Shown here: positions 11,016 through 21,927 of the stretch, in pieces
How the letters are laid out: each line of letters opens with the position of its first letter
Position numbering within the stretch: the stretch's first letter is position 1
Source of the DNA: Mayamaea pseudoterrestris
Taxonomy: Eukaryota
Direction of reading: 5' to 3'
NCBI GenBank assembly: GCA_027923505.1
Contig: BROI01000006.1
Span: 558,001 to 622,000, forward strand
Length of the DNA stretch: 64,000 nt
Translations under genes and position numbers: made by a program
The notes under the pieces: model-generated
What the model saw: only the letters and a program-made list of their open reading frames with translations
What the model was told of the DNA's origin: nothing
The model's database searches: none

Positions 11016-11459
11016 CAACTATGCTTGATTTCTCGGTCTTTTCTGTCCTGCACCGAATCGTTTCATGTGCAGCGTGTTGCTGCAAAGCCGCATCGGTTGT
11101 CACCGAACACTTTTGACGTTTGTTGCAAACAAGGTGGCGAGTGTCGGCTGCGTTGCTGGATGAAAGAAGAATGTTGATAATAATATGGTCGCTGCTCCAT
11201 AATGCGTACAATCGTGGTGGCTAATCTTGTGTTCACACATGTACATACCCGCGCATCTTAGCGCTCAAGGTTATTGAACGGGTTTGATGTCGCTCAATAG
11301 ATTGTGGCCTCCATAGTGCACATGGCGGCAGCACTTTTAAACAAACTAGTTGAACTCATAATCATGTTTTATTTTATATTTGTAGTTTAATGTTCGCCTA
11401 TTTTTCAGCTTACATCGAAGCATTTTACGAGAATTTCAACCTACCCTATCATGTCCATG

Positions 11460-13322
11460 TTAGAGTCCAGCGTCAATAAACAATGTAGGATAATCCATCT
11501 TGCGAACCAACTGACTTCCACTCGCTTGCTCCGACTGACATTGTTGTAGAAGAATCGCGTGCGGAATACCCATCTTGTGCTCGTACATGAGGAAATGCAG
11601 CAAGCGCCGGTTCTCCTTGTCCAACAGATCAGCTTTGGTTACCTTTTTCTTCTCGCGCACCAGCACCAACAAGTCACGTCGACGCGGAAGAGTGACACTG
11701 CTACTTGACTGAGCCCGACGCAACCGCGGTCGGCTCCCATCCTCGACGGGCCGCGATGGTTGCTCCGGTGGTACGACTTGCCTCACGCTGGATCCCCGCT
11801 GCATGCGGAACCGGCCAGACGCTCGCGTCGTTGTGTGCCTTGAACTCGACGAGTCGAGCCCCTGTGCGTAGTCTTCCGGTGGTTTCACGTTTCGCGTCGA
11901 CATGGCTCGCTTCAAGACACCTCTGCGAGGGTCTTGCTTCGTCGCTGATGAACGCCGGCTACTACTATTTGCGTTATCCTGACGTTTGCCTCCACTGCGA
12001 ATGCGAGAAATTTGACTGCTTCCATGCACCGTCGTTCCAAGGTCTTGACGAGGGCCGCTACCAAGCTCTGTTCCATCAAAACTCTTGGTGCGAGGAACGT
12101 GGCGTCCGGCGCTACCTGGACCCTTGGAGCGAGACGCTGATGCAGAAGTGTCAACATGAACGGTACTTGCCAGTTCATCTTTTCGCGCCGATGCTCGTTT
12201 GCGCGTCCGATTGCTTTCCAGGTTACCATGACACGACGCACTTAGTTCGTCCTTGCCCGCCGCAGCAACATTTCGAGTGCTTGCGGACGGCGTTGTACGC
12301 CTCGGCGCAGCTTCCTCCTTGACGAGGTTGCGCTTGCTCGCACCGCGCTGTAGCTTTCCCGACTCTGGTTGACTAGGATCAGCCACTGGATGGTCAGCCG
12401 ACCGTGCATTGTTTGTCCGTCGCTGGCCTCGGCGAGGTTCATTCTGCTGCTGGCCATTGCTTTTATCGTGACTGCCATCGTCGCTGACCGACACTCCGTC
12501 AAGATCCATGCTTTCGTCCATGTCCTTTCGATTCCAGGCCAGCATGCTATTGTAGCCACTGGCACTCCCTCGCATCGAGTTGGCGCTAATTGCGTCGTCC
12601 TTTGGAAGCGATGATTGCTGCTGCTGCTGCACCAAGCGTGAGGCGACGCTCACCTGGTGATGGAGATTCTTGTTGGGCGTCGGCTTGAAGTCGGGTCGCT
12701 TCTTGGGCGGACTCTCCTGCAGCATTTCATCCTCGCAGCGCGGATCCGTCACTTCCTCATCGTCGTCGTCGTCGACTCCAAACGACGCTCCACTCTCCGA
12801 GCTGTCTTTACTGCTGGCCGCGCTGGAACTACTGCTACTGCTGTTGCTACTCGAGCTGTCGTCGTCGTCATCGTCGTCATCATCCGAATCATCCTTGCTT
12901 GCTTTGTGAGTATTTTTGGATATTGCTGTCGCTGCTCCTGCTTTCGCTGCCGTTTGGTGAAAACTAGTTGATCCTGTCGTTTGTGACTCTTCATCAAACG
13001 CCTCGTGCTCGACGAAATTTGGATCAAAGTATTCCTCGTTGATACGTTGCGCCTTTTTCGTCGGCCGCGTATTGCTGGCGCCGTTCCAGGCGCATGGCTC
13101 CTCGAACGGCCACGTTTTTGCGGCACTACTCGATGCACCAGTTTTCGACATGTGTACATCGCCTTGGTCATCCACGAGCGAAAGGTCCTGCAGCTTGGTG
13201 GCCGGAGACGCGGAATCGTCCTTCCAATCCTTGCCCCGCTCGAACGCTTGCGTGTCCCATGAACTGTCGCGCGCAGCTGAGGCTTGCTTGGTGATGGAGT
13301 TGTTCGAAACGTCCGAGGTCAT
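11460..13322 (-). CDS. Hypothetical disordered protein with a short, possibly helical C-terminal domain
   Basis: 620-aa ORF with poly-D and poly-S tracts; C-terminus RRDLLVLVREKK...LLHFLMYEHKMG looks ordered. Confidence 0.7.
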   Translation of the reverse strand: MTSDVSNNSITKQASAARDSSWDTQAFERGKDWKDDSASPATKLQDLSLVDDQGDVHMSKTGASSSAAKTWPFEEPCAWNGASNTRPTKKAQRINEEYFDPNFVEHEAFDEESQTTGSTSFHQTAAKAGAATAISKNTHKASKDDSDDDDDDDDDSSSSNSSSSSSSAASSKDSSESGASFGVDDDDDEEVTDPRCEDEMLQESPPKKRPDFKPTPNKNLHHQVSVASRLVQQQQQSSLPKDDAISANSMRGSASGYNSMLAWNRKDMDESMDLDGVSVSDDGSHDKSNGQQQNEPRRGQRRTNNARSADHPVADPSQPESGKLQRGASKRNLVKEEAAPRRTTPSASTRNVAAAGKDELSASCHGNLESNRTRKRASARKDELASTVHVDTSASASRSKGPGSAGRHVPRTKSFDGTELGSGPRQDLGTTVHGSSQISRIRSGGKRQDNANSSSRRSSATKQDPRRGVLKRAMSTRNVKPPEDYAQGLDSSSSRHTTTRASGRFRMQRGSSVRQVVPPEQPSRPVEDGSRPRLRRAQSSSSVTLPRRRDLLVLVREKKKVTKADLLDKENRRLLHFLMYEHKMGIPHAILLQQCQSEQASGSQLVRKMDYPTLFIDAGL

Positions 13323-13897
13323 AATGTGTGTGTTTTGTTGTTGCCTCGTGCAACAAGTGCAAGGACGTTCAATGTGCAGTAATTATGCGCTTCAAGCTCG
13401 GCTGATTGGTCACAAAGGTCCGGATACGTCAATCTATATATCTATGAACACTTTAAATCAAGGTCCTTGAGAGTATAAAAGGTTTCTCACTTGCCAATGG
13501 ACACTAAACAAGAGTAATGTGCTATTCTTGGAATGACCTCGTGACAGATGATCGCTCAGAGGAAAGAGTCACAACTCGATCGACTGCTTCACAAGTAAAT
13601 TGTACAATTGTTGTTCCAGGATCTCTCTCTATCTCTTCAGGCACCTTGAGTTCGGCCGTTAGCAGCAAACAGCACCATCAATCATGCCCATGGCACGGCG
13701 GTCATTTATCATGTCGGCGTCTCGAACCGGCGGAAAATGACTTGCGTGTCGCAGTGGTGTAAATGTAAACCGCTGCGACGTCTTGCTCATTCGTCACGCT
13801 TCGGCAGCTGCACCTTTCACCATGGCAGTCAGTCAGTGATGCTTTGTCGCTCGCTGACATTGCTGCCGTCTAGTTTCTTGAAAGAAGTGATCGAAAC

Positions 13898-14578
13898 ATG
13901 ATATCATGCTCACGACTGGCTGAAATGATTAGACGAGCCTCACTATGTCGCTTTTCACCGAGGCTTGTTCACATCGGCAAGAGCAGACTGCTGCACCTTC
14001 ATTGCGCGTCTTGCCGTGAAGCGCTACAATTCCATGCTCCTTGCCATCGCTCCTTTCACTCATCTCCAATATACTGCAAGAGACAGAGAAAATGTCCGCA
14101 TTCCGTCTTGGGCGTCCCAAAGCAGGCGCCGCTGCCAGAAGTCAAGCGCGCCTTTTTGCAGCTCGCTTTAATGCATCACCCCGACCGAGCGGAAACCAAG
14201 AGCTCGGAACGCTTCATTGAAGTACGCCAGGCGTTTGAGGAAATTGTCAGCAACAGCAACAGCAATGGCAATAACAACAATAGCACTACAACTCCCAACG
14301 GCTGGTCGAGGGAACACATTCAAGACTGGTGGAAGAGTCAACATCATGACGCAGCAACCACCACGGATTTTGTCAACTTTGACATGACGGACGAAACGCG
14401 CCACGAAGTCATTCAAGTCTACCGCACCATGGCGGCGGGTGGTAGAGACAAGGGTGGCTACTGGGACATGGCGCGACAATTGGCGGAGCGAGAAAGTGCG
14501 AATGATGGCGAGCCGCCGCCGACGCGACTGCTGGAAACAAGCGAAACGACGACGCGCAGGCGGCGGAGGAATCGATGA
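13898..14578 (+). CDS. DnaJ (J-domain) protein, possibly mitochondrial
   Basis: PHSVLGV...EVKRAFLQLALMHHPDR...FIEVRQAFEEI is a J-domain with HPD; Arg-rich N-terminus. Confidence 0.85.
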   Translation: MISCSRLAEMIRRASLCRFSPRLVHIGKSRLLHLHCASCREALQFHAPCHRSFHSSPIYCKRQRKCPHSVLGVPKQAPLPEVKRAFLQLALMHHPDRAETKSSERFIEVRQAFEEIVSNSNSNGNNNNSTTTPNGWSREHIQDWWKSQHHDAATTTDFVNFDMTDETRHEVIQVYRTMAAGGRDKGGYWDMARQLAERESANDGEPPPTRLLETSETTTRRRRRNR

Positions 14579-15179
14579 AAGTGATAAAGAGAGGAGTAGG
14601 CAGCTGCGTGGCATGAACGGTCGTGGCAAGAACCAGTCGGCGTCATCCGATTGTCAGTGTTTGATGAAGGATTATCAGTACTACTGAGTATGAGCGACAG
14701 GCATGATCGGCCTGCCAGTCTCACGAAGTTTAATCGAGTACTCATCAAGCAAAGCCAATACAAAACTAATTTGCTTGCGATCGCTTGATCATGAGGGGCA
14801 TTGTGGTGCGGCAACTCTGATTTTGCAGCTCTAACTGCTCCTCTTGCTGCAGTGCCAATCTCGAGTTTAACTGATAAAGTACAGCGCATTTATATTGATC
14901 ATATCTGGCCTGGTATCTGAGCTTGTCAGTTCTACAGTAGCAATTGCGTGGTCGCATAATATAGCCCCAGCATTGTCTAGGTGCAGACGAGCGGATGCGT
15001 AACATAACTGTTTTATAATTCATGCCTACTCGAGGACATGGTCAATGCCATTAACGCAATTTAGAATACGCAGAGTAGAAGCGTCTGGTAGCCTATGCTG
15101 CAGATGTTGAAATTCGTTGACGTACATGTGCACTGACAGGCTTTATGTCGACTCTCTTTCGCTTTGCATGTTGATGCAA

Positions 15180-15630
15180 CCTTTCGTCCAGGTTCGAAAT
15201 ATTGGAGAAGGTGCTTTTGGCGTATTCATGGGCCTTATCGTCTACAAATTGACAGGACCGGTCAGAGCCGTCTCCAAATTCTTTGTTCGCCGAAATGCAA
15301 AAGACGAACGGCTCGAAATAATGTGGAAAAGTGGGACGTCACCAATGCGGTCGATAAAGTTGAACTACGCCTTGCACGACCATGGAGGTGGATGCAAGAG
15401 TAACTATCCAAAAATTATCACGTTGTCCACAACGAAGACATCGATTAGTCGGATTAAAAATAATTAACGGCATGCAAAAAGTACGTGGAACTCGAAGCGG
15501 ACGAAATTTTAAGCGTGCGCGCTACGTACAGCATATGGCTGTGCAACAGCTACTGGCTGTAAATGTAGAAGCCATCTGCTTTGCGGTCTGCTACGTCGTA
15601 AACATATTCAAATCGAACGAAAAGCCGCCG
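15180..15630 (+). pseudogene. Degenerate CAMK/CDPK-like protein kinase fragment
   Basis: IGEGAFG (G-loop), YKLTGPVRAV, NYPKIITL, then in a second frame QQLLAVN and EKP. Motifs are in kinase order but frame-disrupted and catalytic residues are missing. Confidence 0.45.
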
Positions 15631-16084
15631 TCATCGGTAGTGGTGTCTCTGCCAGCGAATCGATTCAACGTACCGAAGGAATCGCTAGATGACGCAAACG
15701 CAAACCCGCATTGCATGTCTCTTCACGATTTATTTCAGCGAAATCTTGAACGATTTTCGCAGCGTGTTCAATCCACGCCGCCCCTTCACTACACGGTCCA
15801 TCTCCTTCATGAGCAGCCGTGTTAACAGCAGCCGTGTCTAGGAACGCCATCATGGGTGAAGCATGCTCCATGGTCACAAATCGGTCCGTTTGATTGCGTT
15901 GACGAGTTTTCAGAACGCTCGCCAAAAGTCATCGCGCCGGGCGGCTAATTTTGTGACCCATCGCCTTAATTATCGGACTGATCGGCGTTGAGTCTTTCGA
16001 AACATTCTTAAAATTTATCAGCGCGGTCAAGCCACCGGTCGGCGTCACATTTTCTCATCCATCGGCAACGGATCGCTCATCAGC

Positions 16085-17640
16085 ATGACCATGACGAAAC
16101 GACGGAATGCAGCGGCTGTTGCATTGGGAGCTTTATTTGTTGTAGCAGCAGTGATAGGATTATACTCGCAATACTCTGCAAGCCAAACAAGCGGCGAAAA
16201 TGCGGTAGTGCAGCGTTTTCTGCGTGACACACCGCGTCGGCGTGAGCAAAGCACGATAACTTGTGCGCTCTCGCGCGTGGAAATGCTAATAAGCATTCAA
16301 CCCATGCAATCCCAAGACGTATTCCACTGCAATCCTATTGTCGATGGAGTAGAGACGAGTGATGCTCATACACTCGAGCTGGACGAGGCGACGGCGCAGC
16401 TCTATAGCAGTCGTGCTGAAGGGGGACAGGATGTGACAGCGACAATCACGAACGCGTATATTGATGACCTTCAAGCGCAAGTCATCCTTTCTAGCGACTC
16501 AACAATAACATTCCTACAAGCAGACTTTCGGAAACGAAGACGCAAGCTTATCGAGTCCACGGGAAGCTACTCGATGCTTGTAATTCGGGTCGAGCTGATG
16601 AATGCCGCGCCAACGTTTTCCGCATCCCAGCTCTACAGTTACATTTTCGCACAAGCCGTCTCATTAAAGAATCAGTACTATGCTTGTTCAGCTGGAAAGC
16701 TTGTTATCTCTCCGGCGCCCGCAGGCGCCATCACCGTCCGCGTCAGTCTGAGCACTGGCAACTCGCAGCAGTCGGTCGTGAATGCAGCGCAAACCGCCGC
16801 TGTCAGCTACCTGAATAGCGTCTACGGGCAACGGTACACTGACCTTCACGAGCATGCGGACATGTTTATGTTTGTGTTGCCGTACATGGGAAATTGGTTG
16901 GCCTACGCTACTGTTGGAGGCAGCACGTCGGTATACAATGACAAGTGGGGTGGCTACGTTGCCTCTAATATGCACGAGACTGGGTACGTTACTCTTATCT
17001 GACCTTTCTGCAACCGATCAATGTTACACTCTCTTACACTCTTGTCGTCCTTTGTTTTTACAGTCACAACTTTGGGTTGCTGCATTCACACGAAGGAGCA
17101 GAGTACCTTGATTACACTGGATACATGGGCGGCGCCGTGATCGGGTACCACGACCAAGTTGGCTTTCCTGCCATGTGCTACAATGCAGCAGATTTATGGC
17201 AGCTCGGTTGGTATTCTGACCGAACGGTTGCTGTCAATCTCTTTCGACCAACGTTGATCAAGCTTGCCGCTTTTCCCGACTACTCCAAGACAACAGCCGG
17301 CGAGCACTACGTTGTAGCCCGAACTGGAAACGTTTACCTTCACTACAATCGCGCCAAGGGGTACAACATTAATACATACGAGTATCAAGATGCCCTGACT
17401 ATCTACCAAAAGATTAGTTCAGGTTCTTATCTCTTTGCGGCGCTGTCGTGGACTGGAACCACGGCGTACGCACGGACATTTGCGGCTGGCACGTGGCGGG
17501 CCGAGATTTGTGACAAGGTTGACGGCAATGGCTACTCGACTCCAGACTATTTGGTTGTGAGTGTTGGATTTGGTAACTCGCTCTGCGGAGCATACGCCGC
17601 TGACCCATGGACGGCCTTGAGCACGTATCGGCCAGTGTAA
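16085..17640 (+). CDS. Peptidase M11 (gametolysin)-like zinc metalloprotease; 2 exons, intron 16984-17063
   Basis: Removing the GT..AG intron joins HETG and HNFGLLH into HExxHxxGxxH; YLDYTGYMG Met-turn-like motif; CYNAA..WQLGW; N-terminal membrane anchor; RRRKL possible pro-site. Confidence 0.82.
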
Positions 17641-17964
17641 ATGCACCATCACCTTTGCTGGCTCATTGTCACTCTCTCTCTCGGCCTTGCATACCGCACA
17701 CCAGCGGAAGCACTCTGGCATTTTCGCATTGCGTTTTTGCAATGATTTTACCATGTAGATATTATCGTAAAATATTTACTGTACTAATTGAAAGTTACTT
17801 TAGCCAAGGATATCTTGCATCTCTAAAGACAGTATCATGTACCAATAGATCGCCGCCATGCGATGAGCCAGAGTCGGTACCGCCAGGGTCGAGCGAGAGC
17901 CGCAATGTTTAACATCATTAAAACGTTGCTACGTACTATCAGCGCTGCCGTTGCTTATTGGAGC

Positions 17965-18894
17965 TCATGAGTCTACGTCATTCGTCATCCAACGCAGCTC
18001 CAGCTCAAACGTTCGCTCACCCGCCTTTTGGTACTTTTCTTCAAAGTTGGTCCACGGCGGTTCCTCTTGCAACCGTTGGCGAGGTCCAGAGACTGTCAAA
18101 TTGCCGTCTGCGGTGGACGCCACTTCTTGACACTTCCAAACTTGATTCGCCATTTCCGCCGCCACGGCCATTTCCTCCAAATACTGCTTCCAGTTGGATC
18201 TAATGACAAGATGCGGCGAAGATTGCAGCAGCAAGGGAAAGGACGGGTGCGCGTACCAGCGCTGCTGGAGTCGCGACTGCTTGGGATAGGGGTTGGGATA
18301 AAGCATAAAGTGCTTGTCAAAGACCAGGTTGGCCGTTCGGGCGCACCGCCAAAAGTCCACGAGTTCGGCGCGAATCAACCAAACATTGTATGCGACTTGC
18401 TGAAACAAGGGATAGTCGTCAGTTACTGTCTGATCTTCTTGCGGCTGCAACAGTGGCCTGCTGGAATATGGATTACGCTCAAGCCGCGCCAAGGATCGAT
18501 CGACGCCAAGCACCACCGCGTTGGGATACGTTTCACCCAATACGAGCGACGACCTTCCCGTGCCGCATCCGCTATCCAATATAATGGATTCTCGTGACTG
18601 CAGCTTGATTTCGCGGTCGGCGAGCTGAAAGGCAGCTAGCGTATGCGGAGCCATTGGTTTGCGCGCAAGGTACTGGTCCAAAGTTGAAACGTGCTTGCTC
18701 ACATGGCGATGCAAGGTATCGGGATGCGTCGCTGGACACTCTATCGTGTAAGCTGTAGCTGTAGCGCCGGCTGTTGATACGAGACGCAATGCTTGTCTTT
18801 GCTGGTTTAAAACTGATGCTGAAAATGCCGATGCAGCGTGTCGCAGTGTTTGCGACGACATGAGCATCGTCATCAGAATCTCCAAGACTTTCAT
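17965..18894 (-). CDS. TrmB-like tRNA (guanine-N7) methyltransferase, probably plastid-targeted
   Basis: ILDSGCGTG, GVDRS, YPNPYPK..RLQQRW, IRSNWKQY, TNFEEKY; presequence ending ASAF. Confidence 0.78.
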   Translation of the reverse strand: MKVLEILMTMLMSSQTLRHAASAFSASVLNQQRQALRLVSTAGATATAYTIECPATHPDTLHRHVSKHVSTLDQYLARKPMAPHTLAAFQLADREIKLQSRESIILDSGCGTGRSSLVLGETYPNAVVLGVDRSLARLERNPYSSRPLLQPQEDQTVTDDYPLFQQVAYNVWLIRAELVDFWRCARTANLVFDKHFMLYPNPYPKQSRLQQRWYAHPSFPLLLQSSPHLVIRSNWKQYLEEMAVAAEMANQVWKCQEVASTADGNLTVSGPRQRLQEEPPWTNFEEKYQKAGERTFELELRWMTNDVDS

Positions 18895-19155
18895 ATCCGA
18901 ACACTAATCATGTCTTCTCTAATAGAATAAAATGATTGTCATCGCTTTATTATGATCGATAAATAGAGCTGAGAAGGAAGGACGCACAAATTTTTTTTGT
19001 ACGACGAGACATGCATTTGTTTCGCGAATGAAATTGCGTGTCGTACCGGTTATCTTGCCGCATCGGTACTCACATCCGACTGACGTCAGTTTTCAAATTT
19101 TCTTGTCACGCACCATGGTGGCTCCCACAACTTCGATCGTCTTCCTCCAGTCACC

Positions 19156-20250
19156 ATGAAGATATTTTTGGCGCTGTTGGCGCTCCTGTGCTTGTCGGTA
19201 AAGGGTTTTGCACCTGCTTCTGTGCCGCGTCCAAGCCTAGTGTCGCTTCAAGCACAAACAGACAGCAGCAATGATTTATCGTTTCTTTCGAAGCGAATCG
19301 TCGCCACGACTGCGGCGACCATGCTGAGTATTGGCCTACTAATGGGCGGCGATGTCATGCCGGCCATGGCTGCCACAAAGACTGCTCCAGTCGTGGAGCA
19401 GGTTGCGGCGGCCAAACCGAAGAAACAACCCGCTGCTCCAGTGGCTCCGGAAAAGAAGGCCGTCGACACTGCTCGCGCTGCCGTCGACGCGGCCAACGCC
19501 AAGATCGCAGCCGCCAACAAGGAAGGTGCGGCCGCCAAGGCTGCCAACGACAAGGCGACTGTCTTGCTGAAAAAGTGCGAGGCCGCCGTTGTTCAGGCTA
19601 AGAGTCAGTATCTGAACGAAAACGACAAATTGACCAAGGCCAAGGGCAAGAATGCAAACACAAACTTTATCGTGCAGGAACAGCAAAAAGTTGGTACGTC
19701 GACACGTAACTGGATGAGGATTATCATGTGATATATAGGATATTTCTCATTCAACTCATGTTTTTTTCTCTATGCAGCTGATTTGAAGGAGGCCGAACGC
19801 ATATCCCAGATCCAGCTGCAAAATGCCAAGCTCACCAAGAAGAATGCAGCCACCCGACTGGGACAAGCGGATAGCAACTTGAAAGCCGCTACCAAGCAGC
19901 GTGAACAAGCACAAAAGAATTTTCAAAATGTTGAAAAGAAGTACCAAAAGTATTTGGCGGAAAAGACAAAGCAAGAAAAGGTTCAAATGAAGCGACAAAA
20001 GGAGCAAGAGGCAGCGAAACGCAAGGAGGAGCAGAAACAAAAGGCAATCGCTGCGGAAAAGGCCAAGAAGGAAGCTGCGGAGAAGGCCCTTCGTCTCAAG
20101 CAGGAGGAAGCCAAGATCAAGGAGCTCCAGGCGGCCCGCGATAAGGCATTACAATTGCAACAAGAATCAGCCAAACAAGCTGCCGCGAACCAAGCTAAAC
20201 TCGAGGCAGAAGTCAAAACACTTGCCGAGCTAAAGAGGAATGCAAAATAA
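19156..20250 (+). CDS. Plastid-targeted Ala/Lys/Gln-rich coiled-coil protein; 2 exons, intron 19694-19777
   Basis: Signal peptide plus VKG-FAP; second hydrophobic segment ending PAMA; GTACGT..CAG intron joins two ORFs in frame. Confidence 0.75.
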
Positions 20251-20432
20251 TGACGACTTGCAACGAATGATGCGTCCCTGCCACGACGGCAAACGTTTAC
20301 GATCCATGAGGTACTGCTACGAATCATCCTTGCCGGCGATGTTAAAATGCTTGTAAAATGAACTGCTATAGAATAATGTTAATTGATTTCAGTATCGTTG
20401 GACGTTGTGGTAGTAGATGACGGACTGCTCGA

Positions 20433-21623
20433 TCATGGGGTTTGTAGCTTCACGTTATCCTCCGTACTTGATGTAGGGCTTGCATCGCCGTTGACGGCAT
20501 CGCTCTTGTGCGACGGCAGCAGCCACTCGTCAAGTTCATGCTGCGGCAAGTCCAATCCGCTCTTCCCAAACTCACCGACAACGCTCGTGAATGCCTCTGA
20601 AAACTCGACTGCCGACGCGTAGAAGCGACCCGGCCAGTACGTGTGCGCCACAACGTTTCGTCCCGAAACACGCATACCAATGACTGGATCCGAGTGCCAC
20701 AAGTGGTGCGCCCCATGCATGGCCATGAACTGAATGGGTCGCTTGGCCATTTTCGCTAGAAACTGTGCGCCGCCAAAGATGGGCAAGAGTCCCAGTTCCG
20801 GCGTTGGATTCAGTTGACCTTCCGGAAGTAAACCAATGTCGAAACCATTTGCTATACTTTGCTTGCACTGCTTCAATAACGTTTTGAAGCTCGACTTGTC
20901 GTATTCATTGTTGGTTCCGTTTCCGTTATCCGCCATGCTCACGGCAATGAAGCCAGCCTGTCGAAAGAGTAGGCGCGTGACTGGATTCTTTTCCAAGTCC
21001 TTCCAGTAGACAATCTGAATGGGCCGTCGATTCAAGCCACGCAGTCGCTTATCGGCCGCCAGGAGCAAAAAGACGTCGAGCATGCTCGTGTGGTTACACA
21101 CCCAAATCGTTGGCACGGGATTTTCTTGGTAAATGGTCGCGCCGGTGGCGCAGACTGCCTTTGTGTCGATGCGACAAAAGGGAATGATTTTGAGCAACTG
21201 GCGCGCGCAGAACTGGCCCGTCAGTAGCGCGAGTCGCTGGCGTTTGGCGTGAGGCCATTTTGTCGTTGGAACGACGCGGCCAATGTATTTGAGTGGCAGC
21301 AACGTGACGGGCAAGGCAATGCACATGCAGCAAATGTAGAGCACCATGCCGGTGCGCACCAAGGCAGCCTTCCAGCGAGGATAGTGGGGGAGGGAGTGAT
21401 GAATAGTCGTATCGACGTTGCTTCGTTCAGCCGACATGGAAGGACTCGACTTGAGCGAAGGCAATTTTGGTCGCTGCGTCTGCAATGCAAACTTATTGTG
21501 ATTCAATATTGTTGCCGTCTGCAACGGTCGCGATGATTGCCTTTGTATAGGCGTGGCTGTAAACGCCGTTGCCATTCTCTCGCAACAAATCGTTGTCACA
21601 AAGAAGCAGAAGAAGAGTCGCAT
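20433..21623 (-). CDS. 1-acyl-sn-glycerol-3-phosphate acyltransferase (LPAAT/PlsC family), plastid-type presequence
   Basis: NHTSMLD (HxxxxD) and LLPEG motifs; ATA-F presequence; one transmembrane segment. Confidence 0.85.
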   Translation of the reverse strand: MRLFFCFFVTTICCERMATAFTATPIQRQSSRPLQTATILNHNKFALQTQRPKLPSLKSSPSMSAERSNVDTTIHHSLPHYPRWKAALVRTGMVLYICCMCIALPVTLLPLKYIGRVVPTTKWPHAKRQRLALLTGQFCARQLLKIIPFCRIDTKAVCATGATIYQENPVPTIWVCNHTSMLDVFLLLAADKRLRGLNRRPIQIVYWKDLEKNPVTRLLFRQAGFIAVSMADNGNGTNNEYDKSSFKTLLKQCKQSIANGFDIGLLPEGQLNPTPELGLLPIFGGAQFLAKMAKRPIQFMAMHGAHHLWHSDPVIGMRVSGRNVVAHTYWPGRFYASAVEFSEAFTSVVGEFGKSGLDLPQHELDEWLLPSHKSDAVNGDASPTSSTEDNVKLQTP

Positions 21624-21927
21624 GTTTTAAAGTACAGCAGTGCAGATTCAGGGTTATTTAGGTAAAATTCTTGAGGCAGTCCTCCGAATCCTCATGGTCG
21701 AGCCTTCACAGTCAAGGATCATTGAATGACACCGAAACGGCTGACTTGATTCGTTGAAACGATAACCAATGTGACGTCTGCAAACGTTGGCAGAGCGGGA
21801 CGCTAGCTACCGTACTAATGTTTAGAACAATACTCGACGAAGACAACCAGCAAATCAAAAACGCTTTCGTAGGACCAGCGACCATGTGCAAACAGTAGTA
21901 AAAACGTATTTTTAGCAGCTCGACGTC

